Source of the DNA: Candidatus Pacearchaeota archaeon
Lineage (GTDB): Archaea; Nanobdellota; Nanobdellia; Pacearchaeales; GW2011-AR1
Assembly (NCBI GenBank): GCA_017609085.1
Contig: JAFCEO010000002.1
Coordinates: 1 to 57,539, forward strand
Direction of reading: 5' to 3'
DNA: 57,539 nt
The position numbers and the translations under genes are program-made. Under the pieces are notes generated by a model. The model did no database searches, was not told where the DNA came from, and worked only from the letters and a program-made list of their open reading frames with translations. Of the stretch, positions 10,798 to 21,280 are shown one piece after another (within the stretch, counting starts at the first letter, position 1; every line of letters begins with the position of its first letter).

Positions 10798-11169
10798 ATG
10801 AGTGAAGTTACAATCGGAGGGATAATAAAGACCGCCATAGTGTCTGCTTTTACAATAGCGGCTGCTTTAATTTGGAAAGATGTAATAATTGAAATTATAA
10901 CTATGTTTGTTCCAGTTGAACAAAGATTTTTTTATAAACTGTTAGTGGCAATTATCGCAACAGCAATGATAATAGTCATAATTTACTTACTTCTAGAGGC
11001 TCAGAAAGAAACAGAAGTTGTTTTAAGAAAGTATAAAGATAGAAAACTTAAAGAAGAGATGTACAAGAAAAGAATAGAAATGTGGAAGAAAAAGCTCAAA
11101 AAAGAAAGAAAAAAACGAAAAAAACTCAGAGAGAAAATGAAAAAGTTAAAAAAAGCAAGAAAAAAATGA
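10798..11169 (+). CDS. Small two-TM membrane protein with basic tail (DUF5654-like)
   Basis: SAF..AAAL.W.D.I motif, two hydrophobic helices, Lys-rich C-terminus; in operon. Confidence 0.65.
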   Translation: MSEVTIGGIIKTAIVSAFTIAAALIWKDVIIEIITMFVPVEQRFFYKLLVAIIATAMIIVIIYLLLEAQKETEVVLRKYKDRKLKEEMYKKRIEMWKKKLKKERKKRKKLREKMKKLKKARKK

Positions 11170-11795
11170 AACCTATAATTGTTATTAATTTTAAAACATA
11201 CAAGCAAGGCGAAGCAGCAATAAAACTGGCTAAAGCAGTTGAGAAGGTAGATAAAAATATAATCGTGGGTGTTCAAGCTTCTGACATCTACGAAATTGCC
11301 AAAACTACTAAACTTAAAGTTTATGCACAACATGTTGAATATTTTTGGCCAGGAAGACATACTGGTTATGTTTTGCCTGAAGCAGTAAAAAAAGATGGGG
11401 CTATTGGGACTTTCCTCAATCATTCTGAACACAAGTTAAGTTTTAAAATTTTGAAAAAGACAATCAAAAGATGCAGAGAAGCAGGATTAAAAGTTTTAGT
11501 TTTTGCTTCTTCGCTTAAAGAGGCAAAAAAAATCTCCAAGCTAAAACCAGATTACCTTGTTTATGAGCCCCCAGAACTTGTTGGGGGAAAAATTTCTGTT
11601 TCCAAAGCAAAACCTGAATTAATTGAAAAAATCGCAAAAAAAATTAAAATGCCCTTTTTAGTTGGGGCAGGCATACACAGTAGTAAAGATTTTAAGAAAG
11701 CTTTAGAGTTAGGGTCTTCAGGGATAGCGGTAAGTTCCTCAATCTGCAAAGCAAAAAATCCCGAAAAGAAATTAAGAATGTTACTGAAAACTTAA
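11166..11795 (+). CDS. tpiA: Triosephosphate isomerase (archaeal type)
   Basis: INFKTY, NHSE, YEPPELVG, GAGI; true start is probably the ATG at 11166, overlapping the upstream stop. Confidence 0.93.
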   Translation: MKPIIVINFKTYKQGEAAIKLAKAVEKVDKNIIVGVQASDIYEIAKTTKLKVYAQHVEYFWPGRHTGYVLPEAVKKDGAIGTFLNHSEHKLSFKILKKTIKRCREAGLKVLVFASSLKEAKKISKLKPDYLVYEPPELVGGKISVSKAKPELIEKIAKKIKMPFLVGAGIHSSKDFKKALELGSSGIAVSSSICKAKNPEKKLRMLLKT

Positions 11796-12422
11796 TTTCT
11801 CATTAGAAAATCGTCAAAACCCTTTTTCTTCGAAAATTTGAGAAAAGAGTCAGTCATTTCTAATATATGAGGATCCCTTATTATCTTCTTATGTTTTTTT
11901 CCAATTAAACGCAGCAAGGCTTGTCCGGCTAATAATCCTAATGCTTCAAATCTTGTTAAGCCATAATCCTCTTTAAATAATTTTAAATGTTCTAAAGCTC
12001 TTTCTAAAATAGCTACATTTTGAGGAGAAGGGTTTAGTAATGTCTTATCAATTATGCTCCAATCAGTAGTTCTCTTTTTGTAAAAATTAGGCAATTCTAA
12101 AGAATACTCCTGACATTTCACCCTTCCTAAAACATCTTCTTTTAAAGAGCACTCTAAAACATCTTTTTTAATTTGGAGACATCTTTTCTTCTTTTCCAGT
12201 TTCTGTAAAAACAAACATTTGTTCGATTAACTCCAACTCAACTCTATTTCTTTTTCCATTATAAACATAGTCTCTTTAGTAAACTCCTATTATTTTCGGA
12301 ATAATAATTACATTTTCATTTGACGTTCTAAAATCTAACTCTTCTAAAGAATTTACTTTTTTTGTTTTTCCTCTTAGAACTTCTCTTATCCTTCCAAATC
12401 CGAATGTATATTGTATTTCCAT
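11792..12422 (-). pseudogene. Probable pseudogene of unknown protein (in-frame TAA plus frameshift)
   Basis: ATG at 12422 reads MEIQYTFGFG...IIGVY*RDYVYNG...FVFTETGKEEKMSP, then continues in the frame of the listed 140-aa ORF. Confidence 0.5.
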
Positions 12423-12590
12423 TTTAAATTAAAGTCTTCTTCTCGAGATGAAGAATTCACAATTCTAAAATTTTTAAAAGTTTTTATTTTTGTGGCTTTG
12501 TGTATAGTTTATGATATTATAAATTTGTTGTTTTCGATTTTGTAAAGGATTTTACAAAAAATTTAAAAATTTTATTATCTTTTTAAAAAC

Positions 12591-12857
12591 ATGAAAAACA
12601 ATCTAAAAGAGGTTATTATAGATTTAGATTTGCCAGGTTTTAATAAGGAAGATGTGAAAGTTAAAATTGGCAAGAGAGGTATAGCAGTAAAAGCAGAAAA
12701 AAAGCAAGAGAAGAAAATTCAGAAAAAAGATTTTTTTCACCGAGAAAAAAGTTATAAAAGTTTTAGTTATTTTACTACAGTGCCAAAAATTCGTCCAGAA
12801 AAAGCCAAGTTAAAATTTAGTAAAGGCAAATTGCAAATTAGAGCCTCTAAAGAGTAA
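12591..12857 (+). CDS. Hsp20/alpha-crystallin domain protein (minimal)
   Basis: DLPGFNKEDVKV ... F..G.L.I alpha-crystallin pattern. Confidence 0.8.
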   Translation: MKNNLKEVIIDLDLPGFNKEDVKVKIGKRGIAVKAEKKQEKKIQKKDFFHREKSYKSFSYFTTVPKIRPEKAKLKFSKGKLQIRASKE

Positions 12858-13001
12858 TTTTTTTAAAAGTGAACTTCTCTAATCCTATGAAAGAAGTAAA
12901 AGTAAGAATTTTAAAAGTCGGTTTTAAATGAAAACGTGTTAAAATTTTAAAGTAGAAGAAGAAAGAGAACTTTCAAACAATATTTATTAAGTTTCTAATA
13001 A

Positions 13002-15521
13002 CTATTTTACATATTCATCAATAATTTTTGCAATAAAAATAGCAAGAATAAAAGCTATTACAGCTCCTACAAGAAGGATAATCCAAGGATAAATTCCGAG
13101 AGGAGTTACTTTAAACAATTTATTTAAAGGAGTGTATATGATAATCATCTGCAACAATAGACTAAATCCTAAAGAATAAAGTAGAAGTTTATTATCTGTC
13201 CATTTTAATTTTTCTGTAGCTCTTATACTCCCTATTCTAACAAATTCAAAAAGAACAAATCCTGTAAATAAAGTTGTTCTTGCAATTAAGAAATCGAAAA
13301 AATGAAGTGTTAAAAAGAAGATGGCAAATAACATTCCTGTTTTTTTTAATCCTATTATCCCTATAGTGTATATAAGTTTCTTATTAATAATATGTTCAGA
13401 TTTTTTTCTTGGAGGCTTTTTCATAATATTTGGATTTGCAGGGTCAACTCCTAAAGCAAGAGCAGGCAAACCATCTGTAAGAAGATTTATCCACAAAAGA
13501 TGAACAGGCAAAAGAATTGGATATTTTAAACTTACAAAAAGAGTTGCGAAAAAGATTACGGCTACTTCTGCAATGTTACAAGTAAGAAGGTAGCTAACGA
13601 ACTTTCTTGTATTATCAAATATCCTTCTTCCCTCTTTGATTCCTGAGACAATTGTAACAAAATTATCATCCAACAAAACTAAATCAGAAGCTTGTTTTGC
13701 AACTTCTGTTCCCCTAATTCCCATTGCAATTCCTACATCTGCCTTTTTCAAAGCTAAAGCATCATTAACCCCATCGCCAGTCATTGCAACCACATTTTCC
13801 TTTTGCTTTAACACGCTCATAATCCGTAATTTCTGATCAGGAGTCAACCTTGCAAAAACATTCACTCCTTCATCAAGTTTTTTAATTAAGCCGCCATCAC
13901 TAATTTTTTCTAAATCTTCTCCAGTTAGAATCTCTGAAGTTTGAATATCTGTTTCAAGTGCGATTGCTTTTGCTGTAAGAGGATTATCTCCAGTGAGCAT
14001 GATGACTCTTATACCAGCCCTTTTACACTCACCAACCGCGGCCCCCACCCCTTTTCTCGGAGGGTCTATAATACCAACCAACCCAAGCCATATAAGATTC
14101 TCTTCGAGATTGTTTTTAGAAGACCCCTTCTTAATATTTTTATATGCAAATCCTAATACTCTTAAAGCATTATATGCAAATTTATTATTCATATTCAGAA
14201 TATCTTCCTTATCTTTTTTAGTAAGTGTTCTTACTTTGCCACCTTCTAATATCCTATTACATTTTTTAATTAAAACTTCTGGAGCGCCTTTCGAATATAG
14301 GGTATTCTTTTTTTCTTTTTCTACAACTACGCTCATCATTTTTCTCTCGCTACTAAATGAAATCTCGTAAATTCTTTTGTATTTTTCATCAAGCTCTTTT
14401 TTATTAAATCCAAATTTTTTGCCAAAATTGTATAAAGCTACTTCTGTCTGGTCACCAAGAAGCTTCTTTTCTTCAGAATAAATTTCTCGAACATTATTAT
14501 TCAAGACACAACACAAAAGCAACTCTCTTATTTTTTCTTTTCTTAAATTTTCTACCGAATATTCTCGATTATTAAAAAAAACCTTAACAACATCCATCTC
14601 ATTTTTTGTTAATGTTCCGGTTTTATCAACACATATTACACTAATAGCACCTAAAGATTCAGCTACTCCTAACTTTCTTATTAAGGCTTTCTTTTTAGCC
14701 ATAACTTTCGCTCCAATTGCTAAACTTAAGATTATAACGGCGGGCAATCCCTCTGGAATTGCGGCAACAGCCAATGCGATTCCGCTTAATATAGATTCAT
14801 ACCACCCGTATTTAACTAAACTTGCTAAAGAAGTTATAATTACTATAACCAAAATAATCCAAAAAAGTTTTTTACTTAAATTATCGACTTCTTTATAAAA
14901 AGGTGTTTTTTCCTCTTTAATTGTTTCAAGTTTGTAAGCAATTTTTCCAAGCCTTGTAGACATTCCTGTTTTTTTAACTATGGCCTTCCCATTTCCAACT
15001 ATCACAGAAGTATTCATATAAATCCAATCTTTATTTTTTTTAAGAACAGATTTTGATTCTCCAGTAAGAGTAGATTCGTTTATTTTCAGATTATTCGATT
15101 CTATAATTTCTGCATCTGCAGGGACTATGTCCCCTTCCGAAATTATAATTAAATCGCCAGGAACGATTTCTGAAGAATTGATTATTATTTCTCTTCCATC
15201 TCTTATTACTTTTGATTTTGGCTGAGCCATTTTTTGTAAGGCCTCAATACTCTTTTCAGCTTTATAATCTTGAAAGAATCCTGAAATTCCAGAGGCAAAA
15301 ACAATTATCAAAATTAAAACTATATCTACAATATTTCTTTCTTCTGAAAAAAACCCTAGAATTCCCAAAAGAATGGCAGCCACGATTAAAATTAAGATTA
15401 AAGGAGAAGTGAATTGAGAAAGGAAAATTTTCCAAGCACTTATTTTCTCTTTTCTTTGAATTTTATTTTTCCCGAATTTTTTTAATCTTCTCTTTGCCTC
15501 TTTTGTTGTTAATCCTTTCAT
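13002..15521 (-). CDS. Cation-transporting P-type ATPase (type IIA-like)
   Basis: TGES, IPEGLP, DKTGTLT, KGAPE, TGDGVND motifs. Confidence 0.96.
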   Translation of the reverse strand: MKGLTTKEAKRRLKKFGKNKIQRKEKISAWKIFLSQFTSPLILILIVAAILLGILGFFSEERNIVDIVLILIIVFASGISGFFQDYKAEKSIEALQKMAQPKSKVIRDGREIIINSSEIVPGDLIIISEGDIVPADAEIIESNNLKINESTLTGESKSVLKKNKDWIYMNTSVIVGNGKAIVKKTGMSTRLGKIAYKLETIKEEKTPFYKEVDNLSKKLFWIILVIVIITSLASLVKYGWYESILSGIALAVAAIPEGLPAVIILSLAIGAKVMAKKKALIRKLGVAESLGAISVICVDKTGTLTKNEMDVVKVFFNNREYSVENLRKEKIRELLLCCVLNNNVREIYSEEKKLLGDQTEVALYNFGKKFGFNKKELDEKYKRIYEISFSSERKMMSVVVEKEKKNTLYSKGAPEVLIKKCNRILEGGKVRTLTKKDKEDILNMNNKFAYNALRVLGFAYKNIKKGSSKNNLEENLIWLGLVGIIDPPRKGVGAAVGECKRAGIRVIMLTGDNPLTAKAIALETDIQTSEILTGEDLEKISDGGLIKKLDEGVNVFARLTPDQKLRIMSVLKQKENVVAMTGDGVNDALALKKADVGIAMGIRGTEVAKQASDLVLLDDNFVTIVSGIKEGRRIFDNTRKFVSYLLTCNIAEVAVIFFATLFVSLKYPILLPVHLLWINLLTDGLPALALGVDPANPNIMKKPPRKKSEHIINKKLIYTIGIIGLKKTGMLFAIFFLTLHFFDFLIARTTLFTGFVLFEFVRIGSIRATEKLKWTDNKLLLYSLGFSLLLQMIIIYTPLNKLFKVTPLGIYPWIILLVGAVIAFILAIFIAKIIDEYVK

Positions 15522-15522
15522 T

Positions 15523-16674
15523 TTATTTCGTAATTTTCCATCTGACTAATAAATAAGAAAAAAGAAGAGGGATAACAAACGTAAAAATTATGCTTGAAGC
15601 CACAATAACGGAATACAAATCTACTCCAATCAATTCGTTTTCGAACAAAATTTTAATAATAATAAGGCTTGTACTAAATCTTACTGAAAGTCCTATCCCC
15701 ATCAAAATTGATTGTTTTATTCCGAGCTCTTTTCTTCCAACAACCCAGCTTCCAAAAATTTTCGCAGAATTAGAAACCACGACAACTAAAAGAATAAGTA
15801 AAGGAGAAGCTATAAGATATTTTATATCAAGAGATAAGCCTACCCATAAGAAAAAGATAGGTGCGAAAAAACCATAACACATTGTTTTTACTTCACTTTT
15901 TAAAAATCTTGACCTTTTTTCAGGAAGAAAGGTTTTAAGAGCGATTCCCGAAAGCAAAGCTGCTATTGCAGTAGCATGAGCATACTCCCCTACACCTAAA
16001 AATAAAAACAGAATAAAAAGAACAAACAAAAACAAAGTTTCAATTTCAAAAAAACTAAATTTATTTCCTTGTTTTTTTAATTTAGTAAGACCGAAAGTCA
16101 AACCAAACAAAATTAGAAGAGAAATTAAAATTAAAAGAGTGTTTAGATTGGAAGAAGCTTCTATTAAAAACATGGCTAAAATTAAAATAAAAATTTCTAT
16201 AATGTCATCTAAAGCCCCTATCCCAATTATATTCTGTCCCAATTTAGTATTCACTATTTTAAATTCATCCAGGATTGGCACTAAGATAGCTTCTCCAACA
16301 GTTGCAAATGATAATGCAACAATAAAAGAAATAAATAAAGGATAATGAAAAACAAAATGGACAAGAAGAGTTCCAAAAAATGCCTCAAGCAAAATAATAA
16401 AAAATGTTGATTTAAAAATAAACTTGCTTTGTTTTTTTAATCTTCTCAAATCTAATTCAAAGCCTATAATAAAAAGTAAGAAATACATCCCGAGTTCGGC
16501 GAGAAACTCAAATTCCTTTGAAGAAGTTATAGAAAAAAAAGGATTTTTAATTGCCATTAAAAAACCGACCAATAAAGAAGCAAAAATCCATGGAACACGA
16601 ATCTTTTCGATTAACTTTCCGATTAAAAAAGTAACCAAAAATACGACTCCAAAAAATAAAAATATATTCAACAT
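15523..16674 (-). CDS. Cation:proton antiporter (CPA2/KefB-like)
   Basis: Multi-TM; ELG..FLLF.IG.ELD, DD and FFAPIFF motifs. Confidence 0.85.
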   Translation of the reverse strand: MLNIFLFFGVVFLVTFLIGKLIEKIRVPWIFASLLVGFLMAIKNPFFSITSSKEFEFLAELGMYFLLFIIGFELDLRRLKKQSKFIFKSTFFIILLEAFFGTLLVHFVFHYPLFISFIVALSFATVGEAILVPILDEFKIVNTKLGQNIIGIGALDDIIEIFILILAMFLIEASSNLNTLLILISLLILFGLTFGLTKLKKQGNKFSFFEIETLFLFVLFILFLFLGVGEYAHATAIAALLSGIALKTFLPEKRSRFLKSEVKTMCYGFFAPIFFLWVGLSLDIKYLIASPLLILLVVVVSNSAKIFGSWVVGRKELGIKQSILMGIGLSVRFSTSLIIIKILFENELIGVDLYSVIVASSIIFTFVIPLLFSYLLVRWKITK

Positions 16675-16698
16675 TTTGAATAATTTTAATTTTACTTA

Positions 16699-16890
16699 CT
16701 ATCTACACTTTTTTAAGAGAGGGCATGTCAGGATGGCTGTATTAATTAAAGCCCACAAAAGTAGCGAGCTAATCCACAAGTTTGCTTCTATTTTCAACAA
16801 ATACAGTACATAATACAACGAAATGAAAAAAGCCGCTTCAGCAACCACCCAGTATGCCTTCTCTGAACCTTTTTGTTTTTTAGATGGCAT
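16699..16890 (-). CDS. Small two-TM membrane protein
   Basis: Perfect SD GGAGGTG just before the ATG at 16890; two hydrophobic segments. Confidence 0.7.
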   Translation of the reverse strand: MPSKKQKGSEKAYWVVAEAAFFISLYYVLYLLKIEANLWISSLLLWALINTAILTCPLLKKCR

Positions 16891-16945
16891 TTTCACCTCC
16901 TTTATAATTGAATATGTTTTTAAACTTATAAAACTTTTTGCTTAG

Positions 16946-17047
16946 GGGCCTGTAGCTCAATGGATAGAGCATCCGCCTTCGGAAGGCAGATTATCATAGA
17001 AAACTTGTAGAAAGCGGACGATAGGGGTTCAAGTCCTCTCAGGCCCA
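16946..17047 (+). tRNA. tRNA-Arg(TCG) with 37/38 intron (16983-17012)
   Basis: GGGCCTG/CAGGCCC acceptor; TCCGC-CT-TCG-G^A-GCGGA after intron removal. Confidence 0.9.
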
Positions 17048-17085
17048 TTCACTAGATTTATAAATTAAAGAAACTTAAAAAAAAC

Positions 17086-18528
17086 ATGGGGAAAAAAGAG
17101 AAAGTTAAAGTTAGTTTCAATATAAATAAAAAAGAAAATTTTTCTAATTGGTATAGTGAAATTTTGGACAAAGCAGAAATAACTGATATAAGATATAACG
17201 TTAAAGGATTTGTAGTCATAAGACCTTTAGGTGCCTTTCTTATAGAGAATCTCTATAAACTATGGGAAACTGAATTACAAAAAAGAGGGCATTTTCCTGT
17301 TTTTTTCCCGACTGTAATTCCAGAAGAAAATTTTAAAAAAGAATCGCAACATATAGAAGGTTTCTCTCCAGAAGTCTTTTGGCTTGAAAAAAAGGGCGAA
17401 GAAAAATTAGCTTTAAGGCCAACAAGTGAAACTGCTTTCTATCAACTTTATTCTCTATGGATAAGAAGTTGGCGCGACCTTCCTTTGAAACTTTATCAAA
17501 GAGCAAATGTATTTAGATACGAAACTAAAGCAACACGTCCATTAATAAGGGCGAGAGAATTTTATTGGCTCGAAAGTCACAATTGTTTTGCAAGCAGGGA
17601 AGAAGCAGAAAAACAAGTTCAAGAAGATATAGAAACGACAAAAAAGATTATGTATCAAAAATTAGGTATACCTTTCTTGCCTCTTAAAAGACCTGAATGG
17701 GACAAATTTGCAGGAGCAGAGTACACTATTGGTTCTGATGTTTTAATGCCTGATGGAAAAGTAATACAACAGCCTTCTACCCATCTTCTCGAAAGAGGAT
17801 TTGCAAAATCATTTAATATAAAATTTACAAATAAAGAAGGAAAAGAGGAGTATGTATGGCAAACTTGTTATGGTCCAGCTGTATCCAGGATTTTAGCGTC
17901 ACTTATTTCAATACACGGAGACGATTCCGGATTGGTTTTACCATTTTGCATTTCTCCTATACAGGTAGTTATTGTTCCAATTTACACAATGAAAAATAAA
18001 AGAAAAATATGGAAAAAAGTGCAAGAAATAAAGAATAAACTGGAACAAGAAGGGATAAGAGTAAAAATAGATGACAGTGAGAAAACCCCTGGAGAAAAAT
18101 TTTACTTTTGGGAAGTTAGAGGCGTTCCTTTAAGAATCGAAGTCGGAGAAAAAGAACTCAAAGAAAAACTAACTTTATTTTTAAGAGATGAAAAAAGAAA
18201 GATCAAAGTTGATTTAAAAGAAATAAAAAAACAAGGACTTAATCTCGATAAAAGACTAAAAAGAAAAGCTGATAAAGAATTTAAAAATTCTATAATTAAT
18301 TGCAAATCTCTTGAAGAAGTAAAAAAGACACTAAGTCAGAAAAAAATAGCAAGGTGTAACTTTTGTTTTATAGACAAAAGAGGGGAAAAATGTGCGGAAA
18401 TCGTAGAAAAAAATTTTCTCGCTTTTGTTCGAGGAATTCGACATGATATCAAAGAAAAACCAACAGGAAAATGTGTCGTTTGTAATAAAAAGGCAAACGT
18501 TGTAGTTTATATCGCTAAATCCTATTGA
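17086..18528 (+). CDS. proS: Proline--tRNA ligase (archaeal/eukaryotic type)
   Basis: LRPTSE, FRYE, REF.W.E.H, anticodon domain and C-terminal Cys/Zn domain ending AKSY. Confidence 0.96.
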   Translation: MGKKEKVKVSFNINKKENFSNWYSEILDKAEITDIRYNVKGFVVIRPLGAFLIENLYKLWETELQKRGHFPVFFPTVIPEENFKKESQHIEGFSPEVFWLEKKGEEKLALRPTSETAFYQLYSLWIRSWRDLPLKLYQRANVFRYETKATRPLIRAREFYWLESHNCFASREEAEKQVQEDIETTKKIMYQKLGIPFLPLKRPEWDKFAGAEYTIGSDVLMPDGKVIQQPSTHLLERGFAKSFNIKFTNKEGKEEYVWQTCYGPAVSRILASLISIHGDDSGLVLPFCISPIQVVIVPIYTMKNKRKIWKKVQEIKNKLEQEGIRVKIDDSEKTPGEKFYFWEVRGVPLRIEVGEKELKEKLTLFLRDEKRKIKVDLKEIKKQGLNLDKRLKRKADKEFKNSIINCKSLEEVKKTLSQKKIARCNFCFIDKRGEKCAEIVEKNFLAFVRGIRHDIKEKPTGKCVVCNKKANVVVYIAKSY

Positions 18529-18556
18529 TATTTAGTAAAAGTTTTTTAAAGACAAT

Positions 18557-19495
18557 TTACTTTACAAAGAATTCGATAATTATAAATAAGACATAAATTA
18601 AAATTAAGCTTATACCTTCTAAAGTTTCAAGTTTTCTTCCTGTAATCAAAAAAGTCAGAAAAATAAATCCTGCTATAAACATAAATATCGCAGAAGTTAA
18701 AAACGGTAAAAAGGCGACTTCGATTGGAGAAATCAATGCTACAATTCCAAGGATTAGTGTAGAGTTAGCAAGTATTGTTCCTATTTCATCCCCAATTGCC
18801 ATCTCTTTATGCTTCAATTTTGATGCAAAAACTCCGAAAACAAGTTCGGGAAGGGTGGTAGCTATTGACAATAAAAAAAGACCAATAATTATTTTTGGAA
18901 AGCCTAATTCTGAAGCTATATTAAGAGAATATTTAACTACATAATTTGAAGAAAGATGCAAACTTACAAGTGCTATAAGGAAAACCAAAAGATAAAATAA
19001 TCTATTTTTTCTTTCCCCTGAACTTTTTATTTTTCTAGAATATCTTTTTCTTTTTTTTAGTACCCTATAGGCATTTATAGAGAAAAAGGAAAGTAAAATT
19101 AACCCATCAATTCTTGAAATGACTCTCCCGATTACATAAAGGATAATAATAAGAAATATTCCTGCTAACATAAAATAAGCATCTCTACTTATTTTTCTGT
19201 TTGTTTTTATTTCCTTGCTTAATAAAATAATTATCCCTGTAATTAAGGTTAAGTTAAGAATATTGGCTCCGATAACATTTCCTAAGCTAAGTCCAGAGTT
19301 GTTGGAAATTGCAGAAGAAATTCCGACAAATAACTCAGGTAAAGACGTGGCTATAGCCATTATAATAAAAGCAGAGGAAAATTCACTTATTCTCAAAAAT
19401 TGTGCTATCTTCTCTAAAGATTTTACAAGAAAAGAACCGCCGATTATTAACACTATGCATGATAGGGTGAAGTATAAAAGATTTATCACCAGCAT
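18557..19495 (-). CDS. Na+/Ca2+ (CaCA, YrbG-like) antiporter
   Basis: Two alpha repeats ATSLPE and ATTLPE; GNVIGAN. Confidence 0.9.
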   Translation of the reverse strand: MLVINLLYFTLSCIVLIIGGSFLVKSLEKIAQFLRISEFSSAFIIMAIATSLPELFVGISSAISNNSGLSLGNVIGANILNLTLITGIIILLSKEIKTNRKISRDAYFMLAGIFLIIILYVIGRVISRIDGLILLSFFSINAYRVLKKRKRYSRKIKSSGERKNRLFYLLVFLIALVSLHLSSNYVVKYSLNIASELGFPKIIIGLFLLSIATTLPELVFGVFASKLKHKEMAIGDEIGTILANSTLILGIVALISPIEVAFLPFLTSAIFMFIAGFIFLTFLITGRKLETLEGISLILIYVLFIIIEFFVK

Positions 19496-19608
19496 TTTTT
19501 TGTATAAAGGAAAAAGGGTTTTTATATTTAATGAAAAAAATAAAAATTAGTCCATTCAAATTAGAAATAGAGTTTTATTTTCGAAAATTAGTGAAGTAAT
19601 AACATAAC

Positions 19609-20178
19609 TTACTTTCCTCTTCTTCCTTTCGCTCTTAAACTTGGCCTAACTTTCATTTCTCTTGATTTTTTTCTAAGACCTCTTGATTTTTTTGCTGCAC
19701 TGGTTAAACCTCTAAAAACTCTTCCTCTATTCTCTGGCTTACAAATCCAATTTATTGTAGGATCATTTTTTATTTCTGGCCTTTCAGGGTCAACCAAAAT
19801 AACTTCATAAAAGTAATGGAGACCATCTTTTCCTATGTTATAAGAATTTAATACTTCTAAATTTGGAAATTTTTTTTGTGCTCTTTGTTCAGCAACCCAT
19901 TTATAATTCATTTTAAGAGTTTTCCTTATTGTTTGTCTCTTGCTTCTTCTACCTTTTCTCCTTTTCGGTCTTTTTCTACCTCCCCTCCTAACTCTAACTC
20001 TGACAACTACGAACCCTTTTTTAGCCTTATATCCCAAATTTCTCGCTCTATCTAACCTTAAAGGTTTTTCAACTTTCACGACTGCTTCTGATTTTCTCCA
20101 CTCAACCATCCTTTCCCTTAAAGTCTTAACATCGGGCTTTTTCCATGCTTCTCTTAAAAAATGATAAAGTCCTTTCAT
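19609..20178 (-). CDS. rpl15e: 50S ribosomal protein L15e
   Basis: RLDRAR.LGYKAKKG, AEQRA..KFPNLEVLNSY, RGLTSA.KKSRGL. Confidence 0.97.
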   Translation of the reverse strand: MKGLYHFLREAWKKPDVKTLRERMVEWRKSEAVVKVEKPLRLDRARNLGYKAKKGFVVVRVRVRRGGRKRPKRRKGRRSKRQTIRKTLKMNYKWVAEQRAQKKFPNLEVLNSYNIGKDGLHYFYEVILVDPERPEIKNDPTINWICKPENRGRVFRGLTSAAKKSRGLRKKSREMKVRPSLRAKGRRGK

Positions 20179-20365
20179 GCCTTAATTAAAAAAAATTCGT
20201 TTTTAAATTTATTTGTTTTTAAAATAACCTCAAACAATCTTTTAGATTTGGAGAAAGAGTGATAAATTTTATAAAGGATTCTTCATAAAGCATCATATAG
20301 GCTGTAGCTTAATAAGGACCTTCATACTATAATAACTACATGTTTCATAAGGCTATAAAAAATAC

Positions 20366-20452
20366 GAGGCTGTAGCTCAGTCTGGTTAGAGCACTGCTCT
20401 GATATAATTTTCAGACAGGCAGGGGTCCGCGGTTCAAATCCGCGCAGCCTCA
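20366..20452 (+). tRNA. tRNA-Ile(GAT) with 37/38 intron (20405-20416)
   Basis: GAGGCTG/CAGCCTC acceptor; CTGA/TCAG central helix of the splice motif. Confidence 0.92.
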
Positions 20453-20458
20453 TTTAAG

Positions 20459-21280
20459 ATGGCAAAAAAGGAAAAAAAGAGAATTGGAAATTTTCAAATC
20501 GAAGATATAAAGTTTAGTTTTAGATTTACGATAGTTGCCATAATACTCATTTTTTTAATTCTACTTTTTTTGAGTAATTTAGTAAATATTTTTGAAAAGA
20601 TTGAGAATAAAGCAAATAAAGAAAGCACGAAAAAAGATAGTTTAGAAGATACGACTCCGTTTTTTTCAAAAGAAGGGTCGGGAGTTTTGATGTATCTTCC
20701 TGCAGTAGATTCAAGGGGCAAAGGGATTTACACGCTCTTAAAAGTCGAGGCATTTCCGGGTTCAGGCAGAACTTTAACAGACATAGATAATTTGTTGTTT
20801 TGGGCCGATACGCAACACAGCATTAGAATAGCAAAGAGAGTTGCAGAAAATATCACTGGAAAAAAAGAAGAAGATTACGATGTTATTTATACAATTAAAG
20901 CTAATGCTTCTTTAATAGGAGGACCTAGTGCTGGCGCAGCTCTTGCAATAGCAACAATAGCGGCTTTAGAGAACAAAGAATTAAACAAGAGTGTAATGAT
21001 AACAGGAGTAGTAAATCATGATGGGAGTATAGGGCCTGTTTCTGGAATATTGGAAAAAGCAAAGGCTGCTAAAGAAGCTGGCGCTACCCTATTTCTTGTT
21101 CCATTGTTGCAAAGTAGGGATGTTGTTTATGAAACCTCAAAGCACTGTGAAGTTTTTGGTAATACAAAAATTTGCACAACTGAAACAAGGCCAAAAAAAA
21201 TTGAAGTAGAAAAAGAAGCTGATATTAAAGTTAGGGAAGTTTCTTCTATTCAGGAAGCTATGGAATACTTTTTTAAATAG
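20459..21280 (+). CDS. Membrane-anchored Lon-like S16 serine protease
   Basis: N-terminal TM; GGPSAG catalytic Ser, ITG...DG.IGPV.GI.EK catalytic Lys. Confidence 0.88.
   Translation: MAKKEKKRIGNFQIEDIKFSFRFTIVAIILIFLILLFLSNLVNIFEKIENKANKESTKKDSLEDTTPFFSKEGSGVLMYLPAVDSRGKGIYTLLKVEAFPGSGRTLTDIDNLLFWADTQHSIRIAKRVAENITGKKEEDYDVIYTIKANASLIGGPSAGAALAIATIAALENKELNKSVMITGVVNHDGSIGPVSGILEKAKAAKEAGATLFLVPLLQSRDVVYETSKHCEVFGNTKICTTETRPKKIEVEKEADIKVREVSSIQEAMEYFFK

Noticed and set aside
11082-11165. N-terminal extension of tpiA (likewise radB 38138, 47051, 54771)
   Set aside because: These extensions overlap upstream genes or promoters; family homology starts at downstream ATGs.
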